Below are positions 1 through 12,740 of a DNA stretch of 64,000 bases, in pieces. The position numbers and the translations under genes are program-made. Numbering within the stretch: the first letter of the stretch is position 1; each line of letters starts with the position of its first letter. The DNA lies in assembly GCA_026770705.1 (NCBI GenBank), contig JANJGN010000024.1, positions 30,876,001 through 30,940,000 on the forward strand, given 5' to 3'. The stretch is from Isurus oxyrinchus. Its lineage: Eukaryota. The notes beneath the pieces are model-generated. The model had not been told where the DNA came from and did no database searches. It worked only from the letters and a program-made list of their open reading frames with translations.

Positions 1-1095
1 AAAAGGCATTTGATAAAATGCCACATCAAAAGCTACTACACAAGATAAGAGCACATAGTGTAGTGACTAACATATTAGCATGGATAAAGGATTGGTTAGT
101 TAACAGGAAGCAGCGAGTAGGGGTAAATGGATTTTTTTTAGGTTGGCAAACTGTAATTAGTAGAGTGTCACAGGGAGCACTGAATGTATGGTAGCTAAAT
201 TTGCCAATTAGGAAAGTAAAATGTCAAGAGGAGGTAAAGATTCTGCAAAAGGATATAGATCAGTTAAATGACTGGGGAAAACTTTGGCAGACAGAGTATA
301 ATGTGGGAAAATATGAACTTATCTACTTTGGCAGAAAGAACAGAAAAGCAGTATACTATTTAAATGCAGAGAGGTAGCAGAAGCTGGTGATATAGAGGGA
401 TCTGGGTGTTCTGCTACATGAATCACAAAAAGTTAGTGTACAGGTACAGCAATTCATTGGGATGGCAAATGGAATGTTGGCATTTATTGCAAGGGGAATA
501 GAATTTAAAAGTAGGGAAGTTTTGCTGTGGCTGTAAAGGCCTCTGGAGTAGTGTGTGCAGTTTTAGTCTCCTTATTTGACAAAATATATGATTGTGTTGG
601 AAGCAGTTCAGAGAAGGTTGACTTGTCTCATTCCTGGGACAAAGGGCTTATTTAATGAAGAAAGGTTGAACAGGTTAGGCCTATACCTGTTGGAGTTTGG
701 AAGAATGAGAGGTGATCCTGTTGAAACATATAAGATACTGAGGAGGCTTGATAGGGTGAATACTGGGAGGGTGTATCCCCTTGTGGGAGAGACTGGAACT
801 TGGGGACACAGTTTAAGAATAAGAGGTCTCCCTTTCAAAATGGAGATGAGATTTTTTTCTCTCTGACTGTCCTTTGTCTGTGGAATTTTCTTTCCCAGAG
901 AGGAGTGGGGGAGTGGATCAGTGGATTTTTTCAAGGCTGGGTTAGATAGTTTTTGGATAGATAAGGGAATCAAGGGTGATGGGGAGCAGTAGGAAAGTAG
1001 AGTTGAGACCACAACCAGATTAGCAAATATCTTATCGAATGGCGAAACAGGCTTGTCAGGCCAAATGGCCTGCTCCTGCTCCTAAGTCGGATGTT
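1..1095 (+). mobile_element. CR1-type LINE, 3' fragment (RT C-terminus plus 3' UTR), degenerate
   Basis: Starts in a KAFDKMPH-like RT motif. ORF 576-866 (LEAVQRRLT..EERLNRLGLY..RGD.VETYKIL) is a CR1 ORF2 C-terminus. The typical tail (GAATGGCG..CAAATGGCCTGCTCCTGCTCC) ends near 1090. Many stops and frameshifts. Confidence 0.9.
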
Positions 1096-1199
1096 CACCT
1101 TTTCCTATATTAAAAAGTATCCTTCCTTCCTTCCTCCCTTCCTCCTTCCTTCCCTTTCTTTCTTCATTCCTCTCTCCCCATTATTACAAGAAGAAGAAG

Positions 1200-1408
1200 A
1201 AACTACCCTCATAGTCCTGGTCAATATTTATCCTTCAAACACAAAACACTGGTCATTTACTTCATTCCTATTTTCAGAATTTGCTGTCAATGCATTGGCT
1301 ACTCTGTTTACTGACATTACAACAATGGCCATATTCCCAAAATATTTACTTGGCTATGAACATCCTGTGGCCATGTAAGGTGTGGGTAAACACAAGTTTT
1401 TTCTTTTC
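1200..1408 (+). mobile_element. Degenerate SINE fragment (Deu-domain/SacSINE-like 3' part)
   Basis: TTGCTGT..ATTGGCT..CATTACAACA..TTGGCTATGAA.. resembles the reverse-oriented remnant at 22590-22800. The family name is from recall, not a search. Confidence 0.45.
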
Positions 1409-1919
1409 CACTTCTACCCAGTTTGCAGCCAAGTTTCTACATCTTCCTGTGACATAATTACCTCTAATTGTCTCAACTTACTTACCGCTGTCTGAGCACT
1501 ACAATACCTAGACTTGATATGTTATGCTTGTTATTTCAAACTAATACTCTTCCATTAGCATTTTGTTTTGTCTGCAGTTATATCCGGGCGGTTACTGTTC
1601 CACTGGAATTGTCCCACTTGTCCCTTTGACAAAAGAACTGTGGAAATCCAGGAAAAGTGGTGCCTACCTCAGAGTAAAGATGGACAAGCTGGAGGACTTC
1701 TTGATCCTTTCCCTGCTTAGAACTAGTTTATTTTCTGCTTCTACTCCCTATATTCCTCCTGCATGCTACACTTTTTGCTAGAATGCAAATTGTCTTGCTG
1801 GATTATGTTCAGTCTGCAGCCTACTGAGATAAGTCTGATAACTATTGAATAATACTTATTTTTCTTCTGTGATTGATATTTATCTTTTTTTGTATCCAGC
1901 TGCAGTAAAAGCATATACA

Positions 1920-2461
1920 TAAAAGAGGAACAGTACCTCATCTTCCGACTAGGCACTTTACAGCCTTCCGGACTGAACATTGAGTTCAACAACTTTAGAT
2001 CTTAAACTCCCTCCTCCATCCCCACCCCCTTTCCGTTTCTTCCCCTTCCCTTTTGTTTTTTCCAATAATTTATATAGATTTTTCTTTTCCTGCCTATTTC
2101 CATTATTTTTAAATGTATACCACCCATTGTTTATTTCACCCCACCCCCACTAGAGCTGCCTTGCTTGTCCTGCTCTCCACTCTTAATTAGCACATTCTTT
2201 TAGACAATATCACCACCTTCAACATCTCTTTGTTCTTTTGTCTGTGACATCTTTTGGTTATCTCCTCCTATCACTGCTTGCTTGTCCCAACAACACCCTC
2301 CCCCTTCTTTCCACCACCCACCCCCCCCAGCTTATATTGCACCCCTTTCCTATTTCTACTTAGTTCTGTTGAAGTGTCATGAGGACTCAAAACATCAACT
2401 TTGCTCTTCTCCACCGATGCTGCCAGTCCTGCTGAACTTTTCCAGGTATTTCTGTTTTTGT
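1920..2461 (+). mobile_element. 5'-truncated Penelope-like element (GIY-YIG C-terminus plus 3' pLTR)
   Basis: Encodes EEQYLIFRLGTLQPSGLNIEFNNFRS*, matching the C-terminus of ORF 9374-9925. Flanked by AAAGCATATACA (1908-1919) and AAAGCATATTCA (2462-2473), a 12-bp TSD with 1 mismatch. Confidence 0.88.
2362..2400 (+). ncRNA. Degenerate minimal type-I hammerhead ribozyme motif in PLE pLTR
   Basis: AGTT-CTGTTGA-A-GTGTC-ATGAG-GACTC-AAAA-CA-TC-AACT. Stem I is AGTT/AACT, the core is CUGAnGA-like and stem II is present, but GAAA has decayed to AAAA. Confidence 0.6.
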
Positions 2462-3687
2462 AAAGCATATTCAACATCCTGGAGTCATCACACCACAGCT
2501 TAATTTCCATAATACACATATATATTATTTTATTCCTGACATTTTTTTTAGATTTATCTCTCTGGGTGGATGAATCACATGGGCTGAATAGGCTCCTGTG
2601 CCTATGATTTTTTTTCTGATCTCCTATGGACAAAAGATTAAATGAAGATTTGTCCTGTTATCCTTATAAATTGATGCTTTAACTGTAGAATGAGACCTGT
2701 TACCTTCAGCTGAATCTTCTGTAATGCTCCTTTGCAACACGTAAATTGTAATCGCTTTTCTCAGTGTTCAGAATGGACGCATCAACACATTTGAAGGAAA
2801 TTTCTTTTCATGCTGTTTTAACGAAGATGTCAGTCCATCCAAAATGGAAATATCAATGCCTTTGGTCAAACAGGAGACAAAGGGACTTCATGAAATCACA
2901 TCTGTTATTCATATCACTGAGCGCAATTGTACTTCAGGTGTGTTCAGTTTTGGGTATTTCCAAATGTCTGCTTTATGAGTGAAGATTTACTTTGCAATCA
3001 AATACCCTTGGGCACATTTGAAATGCATCCTAGGATGAGATAAGCCTTGCTGTGCTGAGGTAAACAGCCAATTAGCATCCTTGACAGGTACAAAATGCAC
3101 AAAGTAATAAAATCGAACTCAAGAAACTGACAATCCAGAACAAATATACTATTTATGCTAATTACCCACATAGAAAGTCAAATATCATTTACATATAAAT
3201 TATCCATTACACCACCAACAATGAGAATGTAAGTGGTCAGAATGTTTCAAAATACATGGCCATAATTGACTCAAATTACTTCCATACTGATAAATTCAGA
3301 AGGTCTCCATATTTAGTCAGTACCTGGGAAATGTTTATTACCTTGTATAAATTCCATCACTGTAACATATATTTGAGTTGTGAATGCTGTAATGGCCCCC
3401 AATCCATTGGCTTGCTCCTGGGACAACACTGCAGTCTCATTCAGCTTGTTACAAGCACAACTATAATACATGTCGGTGTCCTCCTTGATTCAACCAGGAA
3501 TGGTTAAGATCACAACAGGGAACGCTAGAAAATGCAAGTAGTGAGGTTGACAATAATAATTGGGATTTTCCTTTCCCCAATTTCTCTGCTGAGATATCGA
3601 CTACCCTCTGCAACTGGCAGTGAGTAGGCAGTGCCTGGGTCCCTGGCAAATTTCCCTCTGAGCTGTCTGCTCCATTTGGCGATGCAG

Positions 3688-3949
3688 TGTTGGAGTTGTA
3701 TAGAACCTTGGTGAGGCCACAGCTGGAGTACTGTGTGCAGTTCTGGATGCCACATTTTAGGAAGGATGTGATTGCACTAGAGGTGGCGCAGAGGAGATTC
3801 ATCAGGATGTTGCCTGGGATGAAACACTTAAGTTATGAAGAGAGGTTGGATAGACTTGGATTGTTTTCATTGGAGCAGAGAAGACTGAGGGGCGACCTGA
3901 TCGAGGTGTACAAGATTATGATGGGCATGGACAGGGTGGATTGGGAGCA
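3688..3949 (+). repeat. 262-bp inverted duplicate of CR1 RT segment 4376-4637
   Basis: Reverse complement of 4376-4637 with 3 C/T differences. ORF 3687-3953 matches part of ORF 4210-4869. Confidence 0.95.
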
Positions 3950-4061
3950 TTGAAAAGGTGGCTGTAGGGTGTAGAGCATGACATGGCCCTTGGTGGAGTG
4001 AAAAGGGCTGGGTGCAAACTTGTCCCACCTTGTGTAGGCCTTTGCATCCATGGATTATCAC

Positions 4062-6775
4062 AGAATCACAGTGCAGAAGAGGCCCTTCGACCCATCAAGT
4101 CTGCACCGACACGTGAGAAACACCTGACCTACCTACCAAATCCCATTTGCCAGCACTTGGCCCATAGCCTTGAATGTTATGACATGGCAAGTGCTGATCC
4201 AGGTACTTTTTAAAGGATGTGAAGCAACTCACCTCCACCACCCTCCCAGGCAGTGCATTCCAGACCGTCACACCCTCTGGGTAAAACATTTTTCCTCACA
4301 TCCCCCCTAAACCTCCTGCCTCTCAGCTTGAACTTATGTCTCCTTGTGACTGATCCTTCAACTAAGGGGAACAGCTGCTCCCAATCCACCCTGTCCATGC
4401 CCATCATAATCTTGTACACCTCAATCAGGTCGCCCCTCAGTCTTCTCTGCTCCAATGAAAACAATCCAAGTCTATCCAACCTCTCTTCATAACTTAAGTG
4501 TTTCATCCCAGGCAACATCCTGATGAATCTCCTCTGCACCACCTCTAATGCAATCACATCCTTCCTAAAATGTGGCATCCAGAACTGCACACAGTACTCC
4601 AGCTGTGGCCTCACCAAGGTTCTATACAACTCCAACATGACCTCCCTACTTTTGTAATCCATGCCTTGAATGATAAAGGCAAGTGTCCCATATGCCTTTT
4701 TCACCACCCCACTAACATGCCCCTCCGCCTTCAGAGATCTATGGATACACACACCAAGGTCCCATTGTTCCTCAGAACTTCCTAGTGTCATGTCATTCAT
4801 TGAATACTTCCTTGTCAAATCACTCCTTCCAAAGTGTATCACCTCACACTTTTCAGGATTAAATTCCATCTGCCACTTATCTGCCTATTTGACCATCCCG
4901 TTTATATCTTCCTGCAGCCCAAGATACTCAAGCTCACTGATAACCACCCAGCTAATCTTTGTGTCATCTGCAAACTTACTAATCCTACCCTCCACATAGT
5001 CATCTATGTCATTTATATAAATGACAAATAATAGGGGACCTAGCACAGATCACTGTGGTATGCTGTGATACGCCACTGGACACTGGCTTCTAGTCACGTA
5101 GGCATCCTTCTGTCATCACCCTCTCACTCCTACAACTAAGCCAATTTTGAATCCACCTTATCAAATTACCATGTATCCCATGTACATTTGCCTTCGTTAT
5201 AAGTCTCCCATGTGGGACCTTGTCAAAGGCTTTGCTGAAATCCCTCTGACAAAGCCATGCTGACTATCCCTGATCAAACCTTGCCTCTCCCCGTGGATAT
5301 AGATACTCTCCTTCAGGATTTTCTCCATTAGTTTCCCTACCATTGATGTGCGACTCACTGGCCTGTAGTTCCCTGGCTTAACTCTACAATCCTTCTTAAA
5401 TAGCGGAACCACATTAGCTGTTCTTCAGTACTCTGGCACCTCCCCCGTGGCCAGAGAGGAATTAAAAGTTTGGGTCAGAGCCCCTACGATCTCCTCCCTT
5501 GCCTCCCTCAGCAGTCTGGGACACAAATCAACAGACCTGGAGCTTTGTCTACTTTTAATCCTGCCAATGCCTCCAATATCTTGTCACTCCCTATACCAAT
5601 TTGCTTAAGAACCTCGCAGTCTCTCTTCCCGAGTTAGATACCTTCATCCTCATTCTCTTAGATAAAGACAGATGTGAAGTATTCATTCAACACTCTAACA
5701 ATGTCCTCTAGTTCCACCCGTAGATTGCCCCCTTAGTCCCTAATGGGCCCTATTCTTTCCCTGGTTATCCTCTTCCCATTGATATACTTATAAAATATCT
5801 TGGGATTTTCCCTACTTTTACCAGTCAGAGCTTTCTCATATCCCCTCTTTGCTCTCTTAATTGCTTTCTTAAGCTCCACCCTGCACTTTCTGTGCTCCAC
5901 TAATGCCTCTGCTGATTTGCTTTCCTTGTACCAGCTAAAAGCCTCTCTTTTCCTTCTCATCGTAACCTGAATATCTCTGGTCATCCATGGTTTTCTGGGC
6001 TTGTTACTCCTTCCTCTCACCTTAGAGGGAACATGTTGGGCTTGTACCCTCCCCATTTCCTTTTTGAATGCCCCCCACTGCTCCTCTGTAGATTTCCCCA
6101 CAAGTAGCTGTTCCCAGTCTACCTTGGCCAGACCCTGCCTTATTTTACTAAAATCCACTCTCCCCCAGTCCAAAACATTTTTTTGCATCTTGTCTATTTC
6201 TTTGTCCATAACAAACTGTACCATATTGTGGCCGCTATCACTAAAATGTTCCCCCACCACCGCCTCAGTCACCTGTCCGGCTTCCTCCCCCAGAATTAGG
6301 TCCAGCACTGCGCCATCCTTTGTTGGACCCTCTACATATTGACCTAAAAAGTTCTTCTGCACACATTTCAAGAAATCCACTCCATCCAAGCCTTTAACAC
6401 TATGTCTATCTCAATTAATGTTGGGAAAGTTGAAATCACCTAATATAATTACCCTATTGTTATTGTTTTTACACACCTCCACAAATTGTGCACATATTTG
6501 CTCCTCAATTTCCCGCTGATTATTTGGGGGTCTGTAATAAACATCCAACAATGTGGCTGCCCCTTTTTTATTCCTAAGCTCTACCCACAAAGCTTCATTC
6601 AATGCCTCCTCTAAGATATCATCTCTCCTTACTGCAATAACTGATTCCTTAACTACTAATGCAATTCCTCCTCCTCTTTTACACCCTTCCCTATCTCGCC
6701 TGAAGATTCTATATCCCAGAATATGGAGCTGCCAATCCTGCCCCTCCCTCAACCACGTCTCAGTGATGGCTGCTA
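4062..6775 (-). mobile_element. CR1-type LINE, 5'-truncated ORF2 (APE endonuclease plus RT), relatively young
   Basis: ORFs 6411-6752 (GGGIAL..VYYRPP..ILGDFNFP, APE), 5733-6389, 5197-5412 (NYRPVS, QHGF) and 4210-4869 (RT C-terminus). 3' microsatellite tail at ~4060. TATCAC occurs at both junctions (4056-4061 and 6776-6781). Confidence 0.95.
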
Positions 6776-7559
6776 TATCACGCTTATGGAGAGGATGTTT
6801 ACCTTCTCATCTTTGGGGAACTTACTCACTGTCTCCTGTAATGTTACAGCAGCAGTCCCACTACAGCGCCACTTGGGTTTCACACTCGGATATTGACGGG
6901 CTCCCACAGGATTCCAGCTGTGAGCTAGCGATGTCAGATGGTTGGACAGACGTCTTGGGAGCGCAATTCCAGAAAGCAATTTTCTCTGACCACCCAAGAG
7001 ATTCACCAAGATGCCATATTTAACAATGAGAATTAGCTCTGTCTCCAAAATATTTGCAAAACACTGATATTAAAGTGCACATTTAATAAGGTTATGCACC
7101 TGGTATCTTGCAGGATACTATTGCCCTGATTCTCATGCCCATCGAGTGAGGGTCTGTGCCTAAACTGTGGTTTCACTGAATGTGAAATTCAATTTACATT
7201 CAAGCAGAAAGTACAGTTCAACTGGCTTGTTATACAACAGAATCCAGTAATCAGTACAGTTACCTGGTACTAACGTAGAAATAATTGATAACAGTAATTC
7301 AAAAGCAACATTGTAAGCATTAAGGCATTTTCCCAATTTGGATTCTTTTGTGTGACTAATATGCACTTCACTCTCATGAGTTAAATTCAGGACGCTGCAC
7401 TTGAGGAAAGGTGTCAGAAGTATTAACTTCAGAGTTGTTCAAATCAAGATTATCCTACCCTTCCCTTCATTTCTGATTTGATTTGAACCAAGTGATTCGA
7501 TTCTGTTGTTGCTTTGTGGACTGCCTACAACTGTTCCCCCTGCAGTATATTTACTGAAT

Positions 7560-8254
7560 ATTCACTGAACTTCTTGGTCGCCGGGTGCATGATCAGCGGG
7601 TCTGGGAGCGGTTGGGAAATGGGCCACCAGCCGCGATCGGTCCCCAGACTCAATTTCACACTGGCTGGCTAATTAGCGGCTAGCCAGCGTGAAACACACC
7701 CTGAAATTCTCAGCGCTGCCAGGGTGAGTAGAGAAGACGGTGGGCCCCGACATAACCAAGGGTGCAGGTGAGTGCTTCGAGGGAGCTCCTTGAAGGCAGA
7801 CAGCTGCCCCAGGGAGCTGCAGACCTCCACAGACTAAAGGACACGACAAAAATGCTGCAAAATATGTCCACGCAACACAATCAAGCACCTGAAAGCATAC
7901 CTCGTAAAAAAAAAGCCCTCCGATATCTCACCTTATTTTATTTCCCCATGGAAATTTCATCCTGCCCTAGATTGAGGTTTGAGCAAAAATGTGAATGCTG
8001 CCTGGGAGAATGGCCCATTTGCCAACCATAAATATGGATGGGCCAAGTAAAATCACTGTTGATTGTATCATTAATGGGCTTAATTGCTCACTTAATTGTC
8101 AGTGGCCGTGCTTCTGACTGCCATGCCTGCCTGCCGAGTGAAATTTCGCGGGAGTGCACCAAGACGTCGGAATGCTCGCCCGACACCATCACGCGCTACT
8201 TCACTTCTGTTCAGGTCAGGCGCACGCCCACCCACGAGATGTGAAATTCTGGCC
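7560..8254. mobile_element. Harbinger-type MITE family A copy (left end decayed)
   Basis: Right TIR AAATTCTGGCC ends at 8254. Internal motifs are shared with the 35300 and 31783 copies. Confidence 0.8.
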
Positions 8255-8784
8255 CTGGTATTCATTGCAGTTCTCATTATGTAGAACAACATTACCTTGT
8301 TTGCATTCACTTGCTTCAGTCATGGGAGTTACAGCTTGTCATTGCTTGCCATGCCACCCACCTCCTAAAAATGGGTTACAGCTATTTTTCGTTGGACGCT
8401 GTGTGAAGAAGTATCATATTTTGAGGCTATGATATTAGCTACATTTGCACAGTTGATCATGTTATCACCATTCCTCATTGGAATACACTCCATCCTATGT
8501 ATTATCCTGCAATTTATGCCCAGGATGGAAAGAAACTGGAGATGTTCAAACATAAACTGCTTAAGTATCACATGGTTTATGGTGTCTTTTGACTCACTTG
8601 ATTGAATTACTGTTAGTGACTATTAAAGAGTCATTAATAAACCCAATAAGGAATTCAGGAGAAACTTCTTTACTCAGAGAATAGTTCGAATGTTTCACCA
8701 CATGGAGTACATGAGACGAATAGGCTGGATGCATTTAAGGGGAAGCTCGATAAGTACTTGGGAGAGAAAGGAATGGAAAGATGA

Positions 8785-11700
8785 TAAAGCCAAAACACTG
8801 CGGATGCTGGAAATCTGAAACAAAAACAGAAAATGCTGGAAAAACTCAGCAGGTCTATAACAGCATTTGTGGAGAGAAAAAAACCCCCAGAGTTAACGTT
8901 TTGAGTCTGTATGACTCTTATTCAGAACTGAAGAGGAGTAAAATGTGAGGAAATTTACACTGTTTAAACGGGGTGGAGCAGGTGAAGCTGGATAGAAGGC
9001 CAGTGATAGGTGGAGGAAAAGGAGAGATTGCCAGAGATGTCATAGACAAAAGGACAAAGGGGGATTAATAATAGAGGTATTGGTTAAATGAAGTGCTGAT
9101 GGTGGCATTAAGGTCAGAAAGCAGAATGTGATAATAGCAGGACAAGGGTAAGCACTCTGGAAAGAACAACATGAACAAGTGACAGGTGGCCCTTGTGGGG
9201 TTGGGGTGGGGGACAAAAGATTGAAAATAGGATAAAAGGCAGGGATAAAAAAAATAATAAAAATGAAAATAAATAAAAATAAAAACCAATTGGATAAAAA
9301 ATAAGAAGTAAAAAATGAAGATGAATATTGAAGAAAAGGAATAAAAAAAGGGAGTAAGGATGGAGGAGAGAGTTCATGGTCTGAAGTTGTTGAACTCAAT
9401 GTTACGTCTGGAAGGCTGTAAAGTGCCTAATCGGAAGATGAGGTGCTGTTCCTCCAGTTTGCGTTGGGTTTCACTGGAACATTGCAATAGGCTAAGGACG
9501 GACCTGCAGGCATGAGAGCAGGGTGGTGAGTTGAAATGGCAAGCGACAGGAAGGTCTGGGTCATGCTTGCGGACAGTCTGAAGATGTTCTGCAAAGCAAT
9601 CACCCAGTCTGCATTTGGTCTCTCCAATGTAGAAGAGGCCACATTGGGAAAAGCGAATGCAGTAGACCAATTTGAGGGAGGTGCAAGTGAAGCACTGCTT
9701 CCTGAAAGGACTGTTTGAGCCCTTGGACGGTGAGGAGGGAGGAGTTAAAGGGGCAGGTGTTGCACCTTCTGCGGTTGCATGGGAAGGTGCCGTAGGAGAG
9801 GGATGAGGTGTTGGGAATGATGGAGGAGTGGGCCAGGGTGTCCCAGAGGGAATGGTCCCTATGGAATGCTGACAAGGGATGGGGGTGGTGGTGTGAAGAG
9901 AATATGTGTTTGGTGGTGGCATCATGCTGGAGTAGGCAGAGGATGATCCTTTGAATGTGAAAGCTGGTGGAGTGATAAGTGAGGATAAGGAGGGGCCTTA
10001 CCATGGTTCTGGGAGAGAGAGAAAGGTGTGAGGGCAGAGGCACAGGAGATGGGTCAGACATGGTTGAGGGCCCTGTCACCACCATGGGTGGGAAATCTCA
10101 GCTAAGGAAGAAGGAAGACATGTCAGAAGCGCCGTTTTGGAAAGTGGCTTCATTGGAACAAATGCGATGGAGGTGAAGGAACTGAGAGAATGGGATGGAG
10201 TCCTTATGGGAAGCACAGTGTGAGGGTATGTAGTCGAGGTGGCGTTGGGAGTTGGTGGGCGTGTAGTGAAAATTGGTGGGCAGTCTATCACCAGAAATGG
10301 AGACAGAGAGGTAAAGAAAGGGAAGGGACGTGTCAGAGATGGACCATATGAAGGTGATGGAAGGTGAAATTGGAAGAAAAATTGATAAAATTTTCACAGG
10401 TCCAGATGAGAGCATGAAGCGGCACCAAAACACTCATCGATGTATCAAAAAAAGAATTGTGGGAGGGGGCCTGAGTAGGACTGGAACAAGGAATGTTCCA
10501 CCATAAAGAGACAGGCATAACAGGGGGCCCATGCGGGTACCCATAGCCACACCTTTTATTTGGAAGAAGTGAGACAAGTTTCAGGAGAAATTGTTCAGTG
10601 AGAGAACAAGTTCATCCAGACGGAGGAGAATAGTGATGGATGGGGGTTGTTCAGTGAAGAAGCAGAGAGCCCTCAGACTATCCTGGTGGGGGATGAAGGT
10701 GTAGGGTGATTGGACATTCATGGTGAAGAGGAGGCGGTTAGGGCCAGGGGACTGCAAATTGTTGATATGACTTAGGGCATCAGAAGAATTGCGGATGTTG
10801 TTGGGAAGAGACTGGGAAATGGGAGAGAGAACGGAGTCAAGATAGGAAGAAATGAATTCCATAGGGCAGGAACAGTTTGACATGATCGGTCTGCCGGGAC
10901 AGTCCTGTTTGTGGATTTTGGGTAGGAGGTCGAAGCGGGCTGTCTGGGGTTGGGAAACTATGAGGTTGGAAGCTGTGGAGGGAAGATCTCCAGGGAAGTT
11001 GAGGTTAGTGACAGTCCTGGAAACAATGGCTTGATGTTTGATGGTCGGATCATGGTCCAGGGGGATGTAAGAAAAAGTCTCTGAAGTTGGCACTCAGCCT
11101 CCGCGAGGTAGAGGTCGGTGCGCCAGACAACAACAGCACCACCCTTGTCAGCGGGTTTGATAACAAAGTCAGGATTGGACCTGAGAGAATGGAGTGCGGC
11201 AACTTCAGGTGGGGACAGGTTAGAGTGGGTGAGAGGAGCAGAGAAATTGAGATGGCCAATTTCACACCAGCAGTTTTCAATGAAAAGATCAAGAGCAGGT
11301 AAGAGGCCAGAGGGAGGGGTCCAGGTGGAGGGAGAATACTGGAGGCAGGTGAAGGGGTCCGTAGAACGGGGGTAGGACTCCTGCCCAAAGAAGTGAGCAT
11401 GGAGATGAAGGCAGTGGAAGAAGAGTTCAACATTGTTTCGGGTGCAGGATTCATTGAGGTGAGGGCATAAGAGTACAAAACTGAGTCCTTTGCTGAGTAC
11501 TGAACGTTCAGCATCAGAGACGGGAAGGTCAGAGGGTATGGTGAATACATGGCAAGGGCTGGGACTAGAAAACGGAATGGGGTCAGAGGGACAGGAAGGG
11601 GTGGAGGGTCCTGGATGGGCATTGGTATCAATGAGTTGTTGGAGCTTGCTTTTGTTAACTCCTGTAAGGAAGAGACAAAGTTTCTTGTTAAGGCGTCGGA

Positions 11701-11998
11701 TGAGGCGAAGAATAAAATGAAACTGGGGATAAGGACGGCTTTGAGATAGGGTGAGTCAGTGCTGCTGGAGGGAGAGGTCAAGTGTGTTCATATGGCGGCA
11801 CATGACACTGAGTGCAGATCTCAGGATGTGGCTAGAACAGCAGTCCATGGAACATTGTATGTCCCAGAGATACCTGTAACCCTGGGTGGATTCGAAACTT
11901 GATGGAACTTGATGAGGGATAGAACTTCAGTTGGAATCCACAAGGGGTAAGTCGAAGATGGAGACAGTCACTGATGAAGGAAATATGACTGTGAAAAT
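8785..11998 (-). mobile_element. Near full-length Penelope-like retroelement (RT plus GIY-YIG), frameshifted
   Basis: ORF pieces: 10581-11093 (LLPKIHK..GRPI, RT), 10098-10433 (LPFL..SIPFSQFL.L.RICS, thumb) and 9374-9925 (VYCI..CGLFYIGETK.RL...EH, GIY-YIG). TSD GAATGGAAAGATGA (8771-8784) / GAATGGAAGGATGA (11999-12012). Confidence 0.93.
8891..8929 (-). ncRNA. Degenerate minimal type-I hammerhead ribozyme motif in PLE 3' pLTR
   Basis: Minus strand reads AGTT-CTGAATA-A-GAGTC-ATACA-GACTC-AAAA-CG-TT-AACT. Stem II is a perfect 5 bp, stem III is the palindrome AACGTT, and core positions G8 and G12 are mutated. Confidence 0.65.
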
Positions 11999-12504
11999 GA
12001 ATGGAAGGATGAGCTGACAGGGTTAGATAAAGCAGGGTGGGAGGTGGTTTTTGTGGAACATTAGCTGCATAAATTGGGCTTAATGTCCTATATCTGTACT
12101 GTAAATTCTACGCATCCTCCATCTGGCTGCTACCGGATGCTTCAAATTTATGTTTACCCAATTATCAAGACCTTCATTTTATTTGACTATCAAACCATAG
12201 GAAAATAAAGAATAACCAGCACTGGTATTTTTTTTATTGTACATTCGCTTAATTTATGAGGCTAATCCATTGCTTCAACTTCTGATGCACAATTATCACA
12301 AAAACTGTCTATTAATTTCTGTAGCTGAATAAGGTGCAAGTTTCAATTGCCTTGATGGTGCTATACCACCTCCAAAGAATGATCATTTTGAAATAATTGT
12401 CCAGTCTTTCAATTCTGCCCTTCACAATGTGATCCTCCTCTGTTCATTTTAATGGGAAGGATAGTATTGAGCTGATTTCCTTCCCTCTTATTTCTCTTAG
12501 AGAG

Positions 12505-12740
12505 AGAGAAAGATATGATAACTTTGGTCACATGATTAGAGTAAACGGTAGAAGGGACAGTAATTGAATGGGAGGGTTGATGGAAAACACATGAGAGGGA
12601 AGCAGAGGAAAATTTGGAGTATGGATGTAATAAACTGGACGCAGTTGATTTACACGGAATATATAAGGACAGCACAGGACAGACAGGTAGATATCCATGA
12701 CACTCGGCCTGCTAGGATGAAAGTGACAATAATAAACAAA
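12505..12740 (+). mobile_element. RTE-clade LINE 3' fragment
   Basis: Translates across frameshifts to FGHMIR..GRVDGKHMRGKQRKIW..DV..W....IRTAQDR, the RTE/BovB-like C-terminal motif. Confidence 0.7.

Larger units (their letters stand above)
8620..12110 (+). mobile_element. CR1 3' fragment split by the Penelope insertion (pieces ~8620-8784 and ~11999-12110)
   Basis: AGGAGAAACTTCTTTACTCAGAGA..AAGCTCGATAAGTAC on the left. The 3' UTR resumes after 12012. Confidence 0.7.

Noticed and set aside
2765-2937. Possible plus-strand exon (TTTTCTCAG acceptor, GTGTGT donor)
   Set aside because: Weak donor, two open frames, no recognisable peptide and no partner exons.
9040-9399. Hydrophobic Phe-rich ORFs resembling membrane proteins
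   Set aside because: Translation of the T-rich PLE 3' UTR.
11050-11781. 243-aa minus-strand ORF
   Set aside because: Off-frame reading of the Penelope ORF.
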